Part shown: positions 28,355 through 38,237 of the stretch, in pieces
Layout: each line of letters opens with the position of its first letter
Numbering within the stretch: the stretch's first letter is position 1
Origin: an uncultured bacterium
Lineage (GTDB): Bacteria; Desulfobacterota_D; UBA1144; Nemesobacterales; UBA2774
Reading direction: 5' to 3'
DNA length: 64,000 bases
Assembly: GCA_963705505.1 (NCBI GenBank)
Contig: CAVPJU010000001.1
Coordinates: 64,001-128,000 of the forward strand
Notes under the pieces: generated by a model
Databases searched by the model: none
Seen by the model: the letters and a program-made list of their open reading frames with translations, nothing else
Told to the model about the DNA's origin: nothing
Program-made: the position numbers and the translations under genes

Positions 28355-29737
28355 TCAGAAGAATACCTCTATCGCCCTCTCCACGGAATCCACGCCGATA
28401 AGGGCAATAGAGTTATCCGCGGGCTTCAATCTGTCAAGGTTGATTTTAGGGAGGACGCATTTGGTAAAACCCAGTTTCCTCGCTTCGTTCAGTCTCAGGT
28501 CGGCCTGTGAGACCCCCCTTATTTCCCCGGCAAGTCCCACCTCGCCGAAGACGACTGTATCCGGTTCGACAGGCTTATTCAGGAAGCTTGAAACAAGGGC
28601 GATTGAAATTGCAAGGTCTATCGCGGGCTCCTCGATCTTTACACCCCCGGCGACGTTCATGAATACGTCCTGCCCCAGTATCTGCAGTCCGGCCCTCTTC
28701 TCCAGGACCGCGAGTAAGAGGGAGACACGGTTGTTGTCGAGCCCTATCGCCGTCCTCCTCGGCACCCCGAAGCCGCAGGGCGACACGAGGGCCTGTATCT
28801 CGACGAGTATCGGCCTCGTCCCTTCTATGCTCGGTGTGACGACGGAGCCCGACGCATTTTCAGGCCTTTCGGAGAGGAATATCTCGGACGGGTTCATCAC
28901 CTCCCTGAGGCCGCTTTCGAGCATCTCGAACACGCCTATTTCATTCGTGGAGCCGAACCTGTTCTTGACCGCCCTCAGTATCCTGTAGGGATGGTCCTTT
29001 CCCCCTTCGAAATAAAGAACCGTATCCACAAGGTGCTCCAGCACTTTCGGTCCCGCTATGGTCCCGTCCTTCGTCACGTGTCCGATGAGGAATATTGCCG
29101 TCCCCCTGGTCTTGGCGTACTGCATGAGCTTCGCCGTGCACTCCCTTATCTGCCCGACGCTCCCGGGGGCAGACCCGAAATCTTCCGTAAACATCGTCTG
29201 TATGGAGTCGATCACGGCGATCTCGGGGGAGAGCTTTTCTATCTCCTCGAGTATCGTCTCGACCGAGGTCTCCGTTAGCACGAACACGCTGTCAGACGAG
29301 ACGCCTGTTCTGCCGGCCCTCATCTTGACCTGCATGGGCGATTCTTCACCAGTTACATAGAGGAATCTCGATCCGGGTGAGCCGAGCCTGTCCTTCTGTC
29401 TGCCTATGTCGTTTAACATCTGGAGCGCGAGGGTCGATTTGCCAATACCCGGGTCTCCTCCCACGAGTATGACAGAGCCCGGGACGAACCCTCCCCCGAG
29501 CACCCTGTCGAGCTCTTTATTCCCCGTGGGTATCCTTTCTTCCCTGTCGCTGCTGATGTCCGTTATTGCGATAGGCTCTGAAACATTAGCTCTCTTCACG
29601 GTCTTTTTCGATCTTTCTATCTTTTCCTCGACGTACGAATTCCAGCTCCCGCATTCGGGACATTTGCCGAGCCATCTGGGGGAGCGGCTCCCGCAATTCT
29701 GGCAGACGAACTGAGACAGGCCTTTTGTTTTCTTCAT
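28355..29737 (-). CDS. radA: DNA repair protein RadA/Sms
   Basis: C4 zinc finger, GDPGIGKST, KNRFG motif. Confidence 0.97.
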   Translation of the reverse strand: MKKTKGLSQFVCQNCGSRSPRWLGKCPECGSWNSYVEEKIERSKKTVKRANVSEPIAITDISSDREERIPTGNKELDRVLGGGFVPGSVILVGGDPGIGKSTLALQMLNDIGRQKDRLGSPGSRFLYVTGEESPMQVKMRAGRTGVSSDSVFVLTETSVETILEEIEKLSPEIAVIDSIQTMFTEDFGSAPGSVGQIRECTAKLMQYAKTRGTAIFLIGHVTKDGTIAGPKVLEHLVDTVLYFEGGKDHPYRILRAVKNRFGSTNEIGVFEMLESGLREVMNPSEIFLSERPENASGSVVTPSIEGTRPILVEIQALVSPCGFGVPRRTAIGLDNNRVSLLLAVLEKRAGLQILGQDVFMNVAGGVKIEEPAIDLAISIALVSSFLNKPVEPDTVVFGEVGLAGEIRGVSQADLRLNEARKLGFTKCVLPKINLDRLKPADNSIALIGVDSVERAIEVFF

Positions 29738-29859
29738 AGCGTTCTACGGGAATATAACCGCGAGGACATTATACAATATTAAAAATATGAATTGGAATTA
29801 GGCGATACGACTGCAATCCCCACGATTGCGCGAAAGAAGCAGAACGGAGGGACTGATAA

Positions 29860-30597
29860 ATGAATAAGGACTCGGGCTTTTCGAGACGCAGGTTTCTGCG
29901 GATAACCGGGGCGGGTGTATTGGGGATGGAGTTCCTAAGATCGGGAGGGAAAATATTCAACATTCCCGATGCGAGGGCGGATGAGGTCAAATCGCCTATG
30001 ACCTCCGATGAAGCGCTGAGGGAGCTCATGGCGGGTAATAAACGGTTCATAAACTCTATGAAAGAGAGCTGCATGCATAGAACATCCGAGCTCCGGATGG
30101 AGTTTGCGGAGGGGCAGAATCCGTTTGCTGTTATCCTCGCGTGTGCCGACTCCAGAGTTGCCCCTGAGATAATCTTCGATCAGTGGATAGGCGATCTGTT
30201 CGTAGTAAGAGTCGCGGGGAATATCGTCACTCCTCAAAACTACGGCATTCTTGGGAGCATAGAGTACGGTGTGAAAGTCCTCGGGGTCAATCTCATAATG
30301 GTCCTCGGGCACAGCAGGTGCGGGGCCGTGGAAGGGGCCATCAAGGCTCTTAAAACCGGAACTGCCTATCCGGGCTCAATAGGAACCATAGTTCAAGCTA
30401 TCCAGCCCTCGGTTGAAAGGGCAAAAAGTGAGCCTGGCGACCTGCTCCATAACGCCATACTCGACAATGTCAGGCTCGGCGTAAGCAGGATAAGCGGCAG
30501 CGATCCGGTTGTAGCCCCTCTTGTAAAGGAAGGAGCGGTGAAAGTCGTGGGCGGCAATTACGATTTGGTCTCGGGTGAAGTTAGCATAGTCGCATAG
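29860..30597 (+). CDS. Beta-class carbonic anhydrase with twin-arginine signal peptide
   Basis: SRRRFL Tat motif; CADSR, RVAGN, HSRCG zinc ligands. Confidence 0.93.
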   Translation: MNKDSGFSRRRFLRITGAGVLGMEFLRSGGKIFNIPDARADEVKSPMTSDEALRELMAGNKRFINSMKESCMHRTSELRMEFAEGQNPFAVILACADSRVAPEIIFDQWIGDLFVVRVAGNIVTPQNYGILGSIEYGVKVLGVNLIMVLGHSRCGAVEGAIKALKTGTAYPGSIGTIVQAIQPSVERAKSEPGDLLHNAILDNVRLGVSRISGSDPVVAPLVKEGAVKVVGGNYDLVSGEVSIVA

Positions 30598-30762
30598 AGT
30601 TTTTCCTTGATGCGGATCTTGGCAATTAATAACATATTGGCATAAAACCGTGGGAGCCGATCACCCTTGAAATTTTCCTCCCGATGAATATTTTTCATAC
30701 GGTAGAATAGCCGTGCGGCATTGCTTTAATACCGAAAATAATCCGGAGGTTTGTTATCTGAA

Positions 30763-32616
30763 ATGGCCCAACACACTGCAAAAAAACACGAATTCCAGGC
30801 CGAGGTCAAGCAGGTCCTGGATATCGTCATCCACTCCCTCTATACGGACAAAGAGGTATTCATACGGGAGCTTATTTCCAATGCGTCCGACGCCCTTGAA
30901 AAGCTCAGATATCTCCAGCTCACGGAAAAGGAAATCTACGACGAGAATCTGCCCCTCGAAATAAATATTAAGACGGAGGAGAAAGAAAATACTATAACTG
31001 TCGAAGACCATGGGGTAGGTATGACCGAGGACGAGTTGGTGGAGAACCTCGGGACCATAGCCCATTCGGGTTCCAAAGCATTCCTGAAGGCGGTGGAGGA
31101 ATCGGGTGGTGTAAGCGATAACCTGATCGGCCAGTTCGGCGTCGGTTTTTACAGCGTGTTCATGGTCGCGGAATCGGTGGAGGTATTTACACACAATTGG
31201 GAGAAGGACGGAAAGAGCCTGCTGTGGAAAAGCGACGGCTCGGGCAGTTACGAGATAGAAGCTGTGGAGGGTGAAAGGCGCGGGACAAAAATAGTGGTTC
31301 ACCTGAAAGAGGACGCAAAGGAGTTTTCGGACCCCGAGAGGGTGAAGGAAGTCCTCACGCACTACTCGAGCTTCGTTCAGTTTCCCATTAAGCTCAACGG
31401 AGAGCAGGTAAACAAAATACAGCCCATATGGATGCGCGGTAAATCCGATATATCGGACGAGGAATATAACGAGTTCTACAAGTTCCAGTCAGACGCGTTT
31501 GACGACCCTCTGTACAGACTCCACTTCAGCTCGGAGGCTCCCCTCGAGATTAATGCCCTCTTATTCGTTCCGAAGGAAAGCCCGGAGAGGTGGGGCTTCG
31601 GCAAGGTCGATCCGGGCGTTAGTCTATACTGCAAGAAAATACTTATAGATTCGAAGCCGGAAGGCCTTCTGCCCGACTGGCTCAGGTTCTTAAAAGGGGT
31701 CGTCGACAGCGCCGACCTGCCGCTCAATATCTCCCGCGAAACGATGCAGGACAGCGCGCTCGCAAAGAAGATAGGGCAGGTAATAACCGGGCGGTTTATA
31801 AGGTTCCTCGAAGACGAGGCGAAAAAGGATCCGGTTAAATACGAAGAGTTCTATAAGCAATTTTCCATATTTCTAAAGGAAGGCGTCGCCTCGGATTTCA
31901 AAAACAGCGCTCAGCTCGCGAAACTCCTGCGCTTCGAATCCTCCGCGACTGAAAAAGGCGTGCTTACCACACTCGAAGACTACGTCTCCCGTATGAAAGA
32001 AGACCAGAAGGAGATTTATTATCTCTACTCCCCTGGCAGGGAATCGATGGAGGCAGGCCCTCACCTTGAAGCTTTTAAAGCCCGGGGACTCGAAGTCCTT
32101 TATCTCTATGAGCCTGTGGACGAGTTTGTCATGACGAGCCTCGGGAAGTTTGAGGGTAAGGACCTCGTTTCCGCGGATAATGCGGATATAGAGCTCGGGG
32201 GCGCGGCTCCCGAACCGAATGAAAACGCTATGCCCGAAGCCGACGCGAAGGTGCTCTGCGACTGGATAAAGGAAACACTCGGCGACCGTGTGAATGAGGT
32301 CAACGTCAGCAGACGGCTCGTGGGAAGTCCCGCTATCGCCCTCAACGCCGATAAGTTCATGACACCTTCGATGAGGCGCATGATGAAGGCGATGAGGAAG
32401 GACGCCGATATGAAGCAATCCATAAATCTTGAGATCAACCCGGGACATAAGCTCATAAAAAACCTTGCGGCTTTAAAAGACAGTGATCCTGCGACTGCCG
32501 GGCTCGTGGCTGAGCAGATTTTCGATAACGCGCTTATTGCAGGCGGTTTCCTCGAAGACCCGAGGTCTATGGTCGACCGTCTTTACCGCATCCTCGAGCG
32601 AGTCTCATCATCCTGA
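30763..32616 (+). CDS. htpG: Molecular chaperone HtpG (Hsp90)
   Basis: RELISNASDA, NLGTIAHSG, IGQFGVGFYS, LPLNISRE. Confidence 0.97.
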   Translation: MAQHTAKKHEFQAEVKQVLDIVIHSLYTDKEVFIRELISNASDALEKLRYLQLTEKEIYDENLPLEINIKTEEKENTITVEDHGVGMTEDELVENLGTIAHSGSKAFLKAVEESGGVSDNLIGQFGVGFYSVFMVAESVEVFTHNWEKDGKSLLWKSDGSGSYEIEAVEGERRGTKIVVHLKEDAKEFSDPERVKEVLTHYSSFVQFPIKLNGEQVNKIQPIWMRGKSDISDEEYNEFYKFQSDAFDDPLYRLHFSSEAPLEINALLFVPKESPERWGFGKVDPGVSLYCKKILIDSKPEGLLPDWLRFLKGVVDSADLPLNISRETMQDSALAKKIGQVITGRFIRFLEDEAKKDPVKYEEFYKQFSIFLKEGVASDFKNSAQLAKLLRFESSATEKGVLTTLEDYVSRMKEDQKEIYYLYSPGRESMEAGPHLEAFKARGLEVLYLYEPVDEFVMTSLGKFEGKDLVSADNADIELGGAAPEPNENAMPEADAKVLCDWIKETLGDRVNEVNVSRRLVGSPAIALNADKFMTPSMRRMMKAMRKDADMKQSINLEINPGHKLIKNLAALKDSDPATAGLVAEQIFDNALIAGGFLEDPRSMVDRLYRILERVSSS

Positions 32617-32679
32617 TTTGCGCTCGTAAAGGAAGTGGTCTATTTTCTCTATAGGCCACATTATAATGAGAGGAACAGA

Positions 32680-33051
32680 ATGCTCACGAAGAAACTTGCC
32701 GACCACATTATCATACATTCCCCGTTCTGCGGCGAGATAAGGGAAATAATAGCCGGAGGCGATTATGACAAGCTCGGTATTGCGGTTGCTATCGATATCA
32801 AACCCACGACGGCGCATTTTCACAGAACATTCGATGAGATCTACTTCGTTCTCGACGGTGAGCTGGAGCTTGAGTTCTTCGACCCGGCCGCGGATAAGAC
32901 CTGGGCGGAAAGCTTGTCCGCAAACGAATTAGTTGTAGTTTCGAAAGGTATACATCATAAGGTCGTCCGGGCATCCGAGCATAACAGGCTATGCGTCGTG
33001 AGCGTTCCCCCGTTTCACGCCGATGATGAAAACCCGTCTGATCAGATTTGA
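32680..33051 (+). CDS. Cupin domain protein
   Basis: HFHxxxxEIYFVLDG and GIHH cupin metal motifs. Confidence 0.85.
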   Translation: MLTKKLADHIIIHSPFCGEIREIIAGGDYDKLGIAVAIDIKPTTAHFHRTFDEIYFVLDGELELEFFDPAADKTWAESLSANELVVVSKGIHHKVVRASEHNRLCVVSVPPFHADDENPSDQI

Positions 33052-33254
33052 CGTCTTATCGATATAAGCCCCATCCGGTCGGTACGGCTTATTAAAATAA
33101 AGCGGATAGGATGTGCGCTGTCCCGGTTATTTGATTATACCTTCCATAAAAAGTATAATTTTTAGTGATGTACGGGGTTAGAAACTGGTCCGAGAGCCAT
33201 CGTTTACGCAGTCCCCACCGAATGAAATTCTATAACAGTTAAGGGGTTTTGAAC

Positions 33255-34091
33255 ATGAAATTCGAAGGCACAGAAAATTATATATCCACGCGTGACTTGA
33301 ATCTTGCCGTCAACGCTTCCATCACCCTACAGAGGCCGCTCTTGATCAAGGGAGAGCCGGGGACAGGAAAGACCATGCTCGCTTTCGAGGTTGCGGAAGC
33401 CCTGGGGAAGGAATTAATCACCTGGCACGTTAAGTCCTCTACGACCGCGCAGCAGGGTCTTTACGAGTACGACGCCGTATCCCGCCTCCGCGATTCACAG
33501 CTCGGGGACGAAAGGGTTAACGACATTTCCAACTATATAAAAAAGGGGAAGCTGTGGGAGGCCTTCGAATCCGATGAACAGGTCGTCCTGCTCATCGACG
33601 AGATAGACAAGGCCGATATAGAGTTCCCTAACGACCTCCTTTTGGAGCTCGACCGTATGGAGTTTTACTGCTATGAGCTCAGGAAAACCATAAACGCGAA
33701 AGTGCGTCCCATTATCATCATCACGTCCAATAACGAAAAAGAGCTCCCCGACGCATTCTTGAGGAGATGCTTCTTCCATTACATAAGCTTTCCCGACAGG
33801 GAAACCCTGAAAGCGATAGTCAGGGTCCATTACCCGAAACTCGAGAATAAGCTCGTCGAGAACGCCATGAACGTATTTTACAACCTCAGGGAAATAGACG
33901 GTCTCAAGAAAAAGCCCTCGACGAGCGAGCTCATCGACTGGCTCAAGCTCATAATGGTCGGGAAGATCACGGAATCGGAATTGGGCTCGGTGGATTTCTC
34001 GGAAAAACTACCGCCGTTCGCGGGCGCATTGCTCAAGAACGAGCAGGATCATGAGCTTCTTACGCGTATAAAGCTCAGATTCAGGCGTTGA
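33255..34091 (+). CDS. MoxR-family AAA+ ATPase (CoxD-like)
   Basis: GEPGTGKT, LLIDEIDKAD, LPDAFLRRC, KKPSTSE. Confidence 0.93.
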   Translation: MKFEGTENYISTRDLNLAVNASITLQRPLLIKGEPGTGKTMLAFEVAEALGKELITWHVKSSTTAQQGLYEYDAVSRLRDSQLGDERVNDISNYIKKGKLWEAFESDEQVVLLIDEIDKADIEFPNDLLLELDRMEFYCYELRKTINAKVRPIIIITSNNEKELPDAFLRRCFFHYISFPDRETLKAIVRVHYPKLENKLVENAMNVFYNLREIDGLKKKPSTSELIDWLKLIMVGKITESELGSVDFSEKLPPFAGALLKNEQDHELLTRIKLRFRR

Positions 34092-34129
34092 TTCCGGCTT
34101 CGGGAAGAATATTGAATTAAGGGTGCGAA

Positions 34130-35332
34130 ATGTTTTTAGACTTTTTTCTGCTGCTCAAGCACGACGGCATACCGGTAACGATCAGGGAATACCTCACTTT
34201 CCTCGAGGCTCTCGACGAGGGGATAGCCGAGTACAACGTCGACGATTTCTATTACCTTTCCCGCACATCCCTTATCAAGCACGAGCACCATCTCGACAGG
34301 TTCGACCTGCTGTTCAAGTATTTCTTCGAAGGTGTTGAGAAGATCGATACGGAAGAGTTTATGAAGATACCGGAGGACTGGCTCAGGAAGAGCTTCGTTA
34401 ACGCTTTGACCGACGAAGAAAAAGAGCTGATTAAATCCATGGGGGGGCTCGATAAGCTGCTCGAACGTTTGAGGGAGCTGATGAAGGAGCAGAAGAAAAG
34501 ACACCAGGGCGGTAATAAGTGGATAGGGACAGGCGGGACGTCTCCATTCGGCGCTTACGGATACAACCCGGAAGGCATCAGGATAGGGCAGGATGAGAGC
34601 AGGCACAGGAGGGCCGTTAAGGTTTGGGACAAGCGTGAGTTCAGGGACCTCGACGACGGAGTGGAGCTTCAGACGAGGAATATGAAAATGGCGCTCCGGA
34701 GGCTCCGCATACTGACACGCGAGGGTGTGGACGAGGAGCTCGATCTCGACAAGACGATCGATAAGACATCCAGGAACGCCGGCTTTCTGGAGCTCGAGAT
34801 GGTTCCGGCAAAGAAAAACAACGTGAAGGTGCTCCTCTTTCTCGACATCGGAGGGTCGATGGACGACCACATAGAGCTTTGCTCCCGTCTCTTTTCGGCT
34901 GCAAAATATGAATTCAAGCATCTGGAGCATTACTATTTCCACAACTGCCTTTACGAGTCAGTCTGGAAAAATAACAGGAGGAGATGGCAGGAAGCGATTC
35001 CCACGTTCCAGGTCCTCCATACCTACAACAGCGACTACAAGGTGATCGTAGTGGGCGACGCCTCCATGTCCCCCTATGAGCTCCTATATCAGAACGGGAG
35101 CGTCGAGCACAATAACGATGAGCCGGGTTTCGTATGGCTCGATCGTCTGAAGAACCATTATCCCGACATCGTGTGGCTCAATCCCGTGCCCGTTAAGCAG
35201 TGGAAATATACGGAGTCTATAGGCATGGTGAAGGAGTTCATGAAAGACCGCATGTTCCCGCTGACTCTTTCGGGCCTGCAGCAAGCGATCAAAGCCCTTA
35301 AGGACAAGAAAGTGAAGTACGAAGGGCACTGA
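34130..35332 (+). CDS. VWA domain protein (CoxE-like partner of MoxR)
   Basis: HQGGNKWIGTGGTSPFG, LDIGGSM MIDAS-like, VGDASM, VWLNP. Confidence 0.9.
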   Translation: MFLDFFLLLKHDGIPVTIREYLTFLEALDEGIAEYNVDDFYYLSRTSLIKHEHHLDRFDLLFKYFFEGVEKIDTEEFMKIPEDWLRKSFVNALTDEEKELIKSMGGLDKLLERLRELMKEQKKRHQGGNKWIGTGGTSPFGAYGYNPEGIRIGQDESRHRRAVKVWDKREFRDLDDGVELQTRNMKMALRRLRILTREGVDEELDLDKTIDKTSRNAGFLELEMVPAKKNNVKVLLFLDIGGSMDDHIELCSRLFSAAKYEFKHLEHYYFHNCLYESVWKNNRRRWQEAIPTFQVLHTYNSDYKVIVVGDASMSPYELLYQNGSVEHNNDEPGFVWLDRLKNHYPDIVWLNPVPVKQWKYTESIGMVKEFMKDRMFPLTLSGLQQAIKALKDKKVKYEGH

Positions 35333-35376
35333 GCTGCCCCGTATACCACTTTATCTAAACTAATACATTTACATTC

Positions 35377-35837
35377 ATGCCCCTCGCCATAGACCACATC
35401 AACATCGTAGTTTCGGATCTCGAAAAATCGGTCAGGTTCTACACTGAGCTGCTCGGTTTCAGGGAGTCTAAAAGGGCGCATTTGGAAGGCGAGTGGATTG
35501 AATCTATCGTTGGGCTTAAGGGAGTGGTCGCGGACGTCGCATTCATACTCGCCCCGGCCGGCGAGCCGAGGATAGAGCTTCTATGCTATAAAACGCCAAA
35601 GGGCGAGGCCATACCCGCGAATTCCTTTGCAAATACAATCGGCATACGTCACATAGCGTTGAGAGTGGACGATATTTATGCGGCTGCGGGAGAGCTTGAA
35701 GAATGCCGGGTGTGAAGCTGCTTGGCGAGCCTGTCGTTGTTCCCGAGGCGGTCGTCACACACGATGCGGGCCACAAGATGCTCTGCTACTTCCACGACCC
35801 TGACGGTGTGCTTCTCGAAATTACGGAGTATAAGTAG
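35377..35837 (+). pseudogene. VOC/glyoxalase family protein, frameshifted near 35689-35712 (pseudogene or sequence error)
   Basis: N-part IDHINIVVSDL...GIRHIALRVDD stops at 35715; C-part GVKLLGEP...CYFHDPDGVLLEITEYK* continues in another frame to TAG 35835-35837. Confidence 0.85.
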
Positions 35838-35886
35838 TGACTAAATGAGTTGGCCGACACGCGTCTCTGCCCGGCTTGAAAGTATC

Positions 35887-36384
35887 CTAATCAGGGCTCG
35901 AGATTTCTCTGAGCGTTTCGTTGGAAATACCTGGCCCCCTCTCGATGAATTCCCCGTTCGGTCCGTAGATGATGAAGAACGGTATCGAATGCAGGTCGTA
36001 ATACCTGACGAGAGGGTTTTCCCAGTTAATTATGTTTATCTCCCGCAAGGCGAGTTTATTGCTGTTCTCTGCGAACTCTTCCAACTTCGGTTTCAGTATC
36101 CTGCACGGTCCGCACCAATCCGCATAAAACAGGAAAGCTGTATACTTCCCGGGTTCCAAATACTCGATGAGGTCTATTAATTTCCCCCTGCTGATGACCT
36201 CTACTTTTTCGGAGCCATTTTGCGTTCCGGTTAGCTTGTAATTATTCGGCGTGTCGGCGTTCACGTTCGGAACGGAGGCGGATCGGCTTTCGTTCGCACA
36301 TATGTCCGTCTTCCCGGATGCCGGATGACAGAGTGACAGAATTATAATGCCGGCAATAAGAAACCGGCTCAGACTCGTTTTCAT
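35887..36384 (-). CDS. Exported thioredoxin-family protein
   Basis: Signal peptide; FYADWCGPC; SIPF cis-Pro loop. Confidence 0.85.
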   Translation of the reverse strand: MKTSLSRFLIAGIIILSLCHPASGKTDICANESRSASVPNVNADTPNNYKLTGTQNGSEKVEVISRGKLIDLIEYLEPGKYTAFLFYADWCGPCRILKPKLEEFAENSNKLALREINIINWENPLVRYYDLHSIPFFIIYGPNGEFIERGPGISNETLREISSPD

Positions 36385-36486
36385 TATAGATTTACCTTCA
36401 GGCCCGATATTGCTATTCAATAATTATACGTTGTTAATTGCATGTAACAATCGTTTAGGCAGTGTCGGGATTAAATTTATAAACGG

Positions 36487-37368
36487 TCAATCGAAGATCA
36501 GCGTGCGGTTCCCGTATACGAGAATTTTCCGTTTGAGGTGGTACCAGATAGCCTGAGAGAGGACGACCTTTTCGAGCTCTCTTCCTTTCCTTATCAGGTC
36601 GTCGACGCTGTCCTTGTGGGTTATTCGCACGACGTTCTGCTCGATTATAGGTCCTGAGTCAAGCTCGGCTGTAACGTAGTGGCTTGTAGCGCCGATGATC
36701 TTGACCCCCCTCTCGTACGCCGAATGGTAGGGCCTTGCCCCCGGGAATGCCGGAAGGAACGAGTGGTGGATATTGATTATCCTGTTGGGGTAATGGGAGA
36801 CGAAATCGTCGCTCAGTATCTGCATATATCTGGCGAGCACTATGAAATCGATTCCGTACTGCTTCAGCACGTCGAGCTGCTTTTGCTCGGCCGCACTTTT
36901 GTTATCCTTGACGTCCGGCGTGACGTGGAAATCGATCCCGTGTGTCCTGGCGACGGACTCGAGGTCACTATGGTTGCTTATGATGAGGGGTATCTCCGCG
37001 TTCCACTGCTCCGACTGCCAGCGCGAGAGAATGTCGTGGAGGCAGTGCGGGAGTTTTGAGACGAAGACGGCCATGCGCGGGGTGTAATCCGAGAAATAGA
37101 GGCTCCACTTCATCCCGAATTTCTCCGCAATGAGCGTCTGGAAATACTCTCCGATTTTTTCAGCCGGGATCGTGAAATTCTTCAAATCCCATTCCACCCG
37201 CATGAAGAAAACCTTTTCCTGCGTATCCACGTGCTGATCGAGGTATATGATGTTCCCTTCGTTCTTGAAGATGAATTCCGTGATCGTGGCGACGAGCCCC
37301 TTCCTGTCCGGGCAGTGTACGAGCAGTATGGCCGAGCGGGTTTTTTCTTTTTCTTCTTTGTTACTCAT
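36487..37368 (-). CDS. purU: Formyltetrahydrofolate deformylase
   Basis: CPDRKG ACT domain, LARYMQIL, INIHHSFLP, GPIIEQ. Confidence 0.96.
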   Translation of the reverse strand: MSNKEEKEKTRSAILLVHCPDRKGLVATITEFIFKNEGNIIYLDQHVDTQEKVFFMRVEWDLKNFTIPAEKIGEYFQTLIAEKFGMKWSLYFSDYTPRMAVFVSKLPHCLHDILSRWQSEQWNAEIPLIISNHSDLESVARTHGIDFHVTPDVKDNKSAAEQKQLDVLKQYGIDFIVLARYMQILSDDFVSHYPNRIINIHHSFLPAFPGARPYHSAYERGVKIIGATSHYVTAELDSGPIIEQNVVRITHKDSVDDLIRKGRELEKVVLSQAIWYHLKRKILVYGNRTLIFD

Positions 37369-37406
37369 TGCGATTCACCGGGAGATAGCTGCACTTAGCG
37401 ACAGGA

Positions 37407-37778
37407 TCAGTCCCTTCCCATAAGCTCGTAAATTTCGTCGTCCGACAGTCCGAAGTAGTGTCCTAACTCGTGCTGGAGCACTTCGTTGACTCTATCTTCG
37501 ATCTCCCTTTCGTTCCTGCAGACCTTTTCGATGTCCTTTTGATAAAGAACTATCTCATCGGGAAATCTTATGCCCTGCCATATGCTCCGTAAATGAAGCG
37601 GCGTCCCCCTGTATAGCCCGAGGAGCAGCCCTTCGTTTCTGATCTTGAGTTTCTCAAGGTCTTCCCTGGTCGGATAGTCCTCGACCTTGATAACCACGTT
37701 ATCGATTTTATCCCTAAATTGATCGGGGATCTTGTGATAAGCCCTGTCTACGAGTTCTTCAAACTTTTTTCTTTCCAA
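37407..37778 (-). CDS. Minimal zincin-like metallopeptidase (DUF1025-like)
   Basis: LLGLYRG, PDEIVLYQ, HELGHYFG. Confidence 0.88.
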   Translation of the reverse strand: MERKKFEELVDRAYHKIPDQFRDKIDNVVIKVEDYPTREDLEKLKIRNEGLLLGLYRGTPLHLRSIWQGIRFPDEIVLYQKDIEKVCRNEREIEDRVNEVLQHELGHYFGLSDDEIYELMGRD

Positions 37779-37843
37779 TCGTTTATTCGGTAATTATCAC
37801 GGGATTTAAGACATACTAATATTATAATAACACGAGCGGGCTT

Positions 37844-38053
37844 TCAATCGTCATTGGCAACGGACGTAAACCCGGCGGGTTTTGTAATAGTTTTCACCGT
37901 CTTATCGTCTGCTCTCTCGCTCGGCGCGGCGACTTCTTCCAGCACCTCCGCGACGACCCTGTGGAATAAGTCCGTTTTCCCCTGGGATATCTCCTCCAGC
38001 GTTTCCCTCAGGATTCCTTCGAGATTTTTCCCGGCCTGTCTGGGTTTATCCAT
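37844..38053 (-). CDS. Small hypothetical protein
   Basis: 69-aa ATG-started ORF co-oriented with neighbours, AT-rich upstream region. Confidence 0.55.
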   Translation of the reverse strand: MDKPRQAGKNLEGILRETLEEISQGKTDLFHRVVAEVLEEVAAPSERADDKTVKTITKPAGFTSVANDD

Positions 38054-38237
38054 TTTTTTATGTCGATGATTGAATTTATGAGAAAGTATAATGCCTTAAT
38101 TCATGAGCGGGATATAATAATTTTGTCTGAGTGAAAAATATGCTTAATTATAATTTTTGAAGCGGGTTATGGGGACAGGAGCGCCTGTCGCGGCGGTAAA
38201 TTATCTCGTGCGGACGGGCCTGGGTTCCGGATAATTT

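Noticed and set aside
30598..30762. CIRCE or sigma32 heat-shock element upstream of htpG
   Set aside because: No TTAGCACTC-N9-GAGTGCTAA; CCCTTGAA is present but has no correctly spaced CCCCAT
30751..35332. Defence system built on Hsp90-like ATPase plus MoxR/VWA
   Set aside because: HtpG is canonical full-length Hsp90 and the MoxR-VWA pair is the common housekeeping type; no nuclease or effector gene nearby
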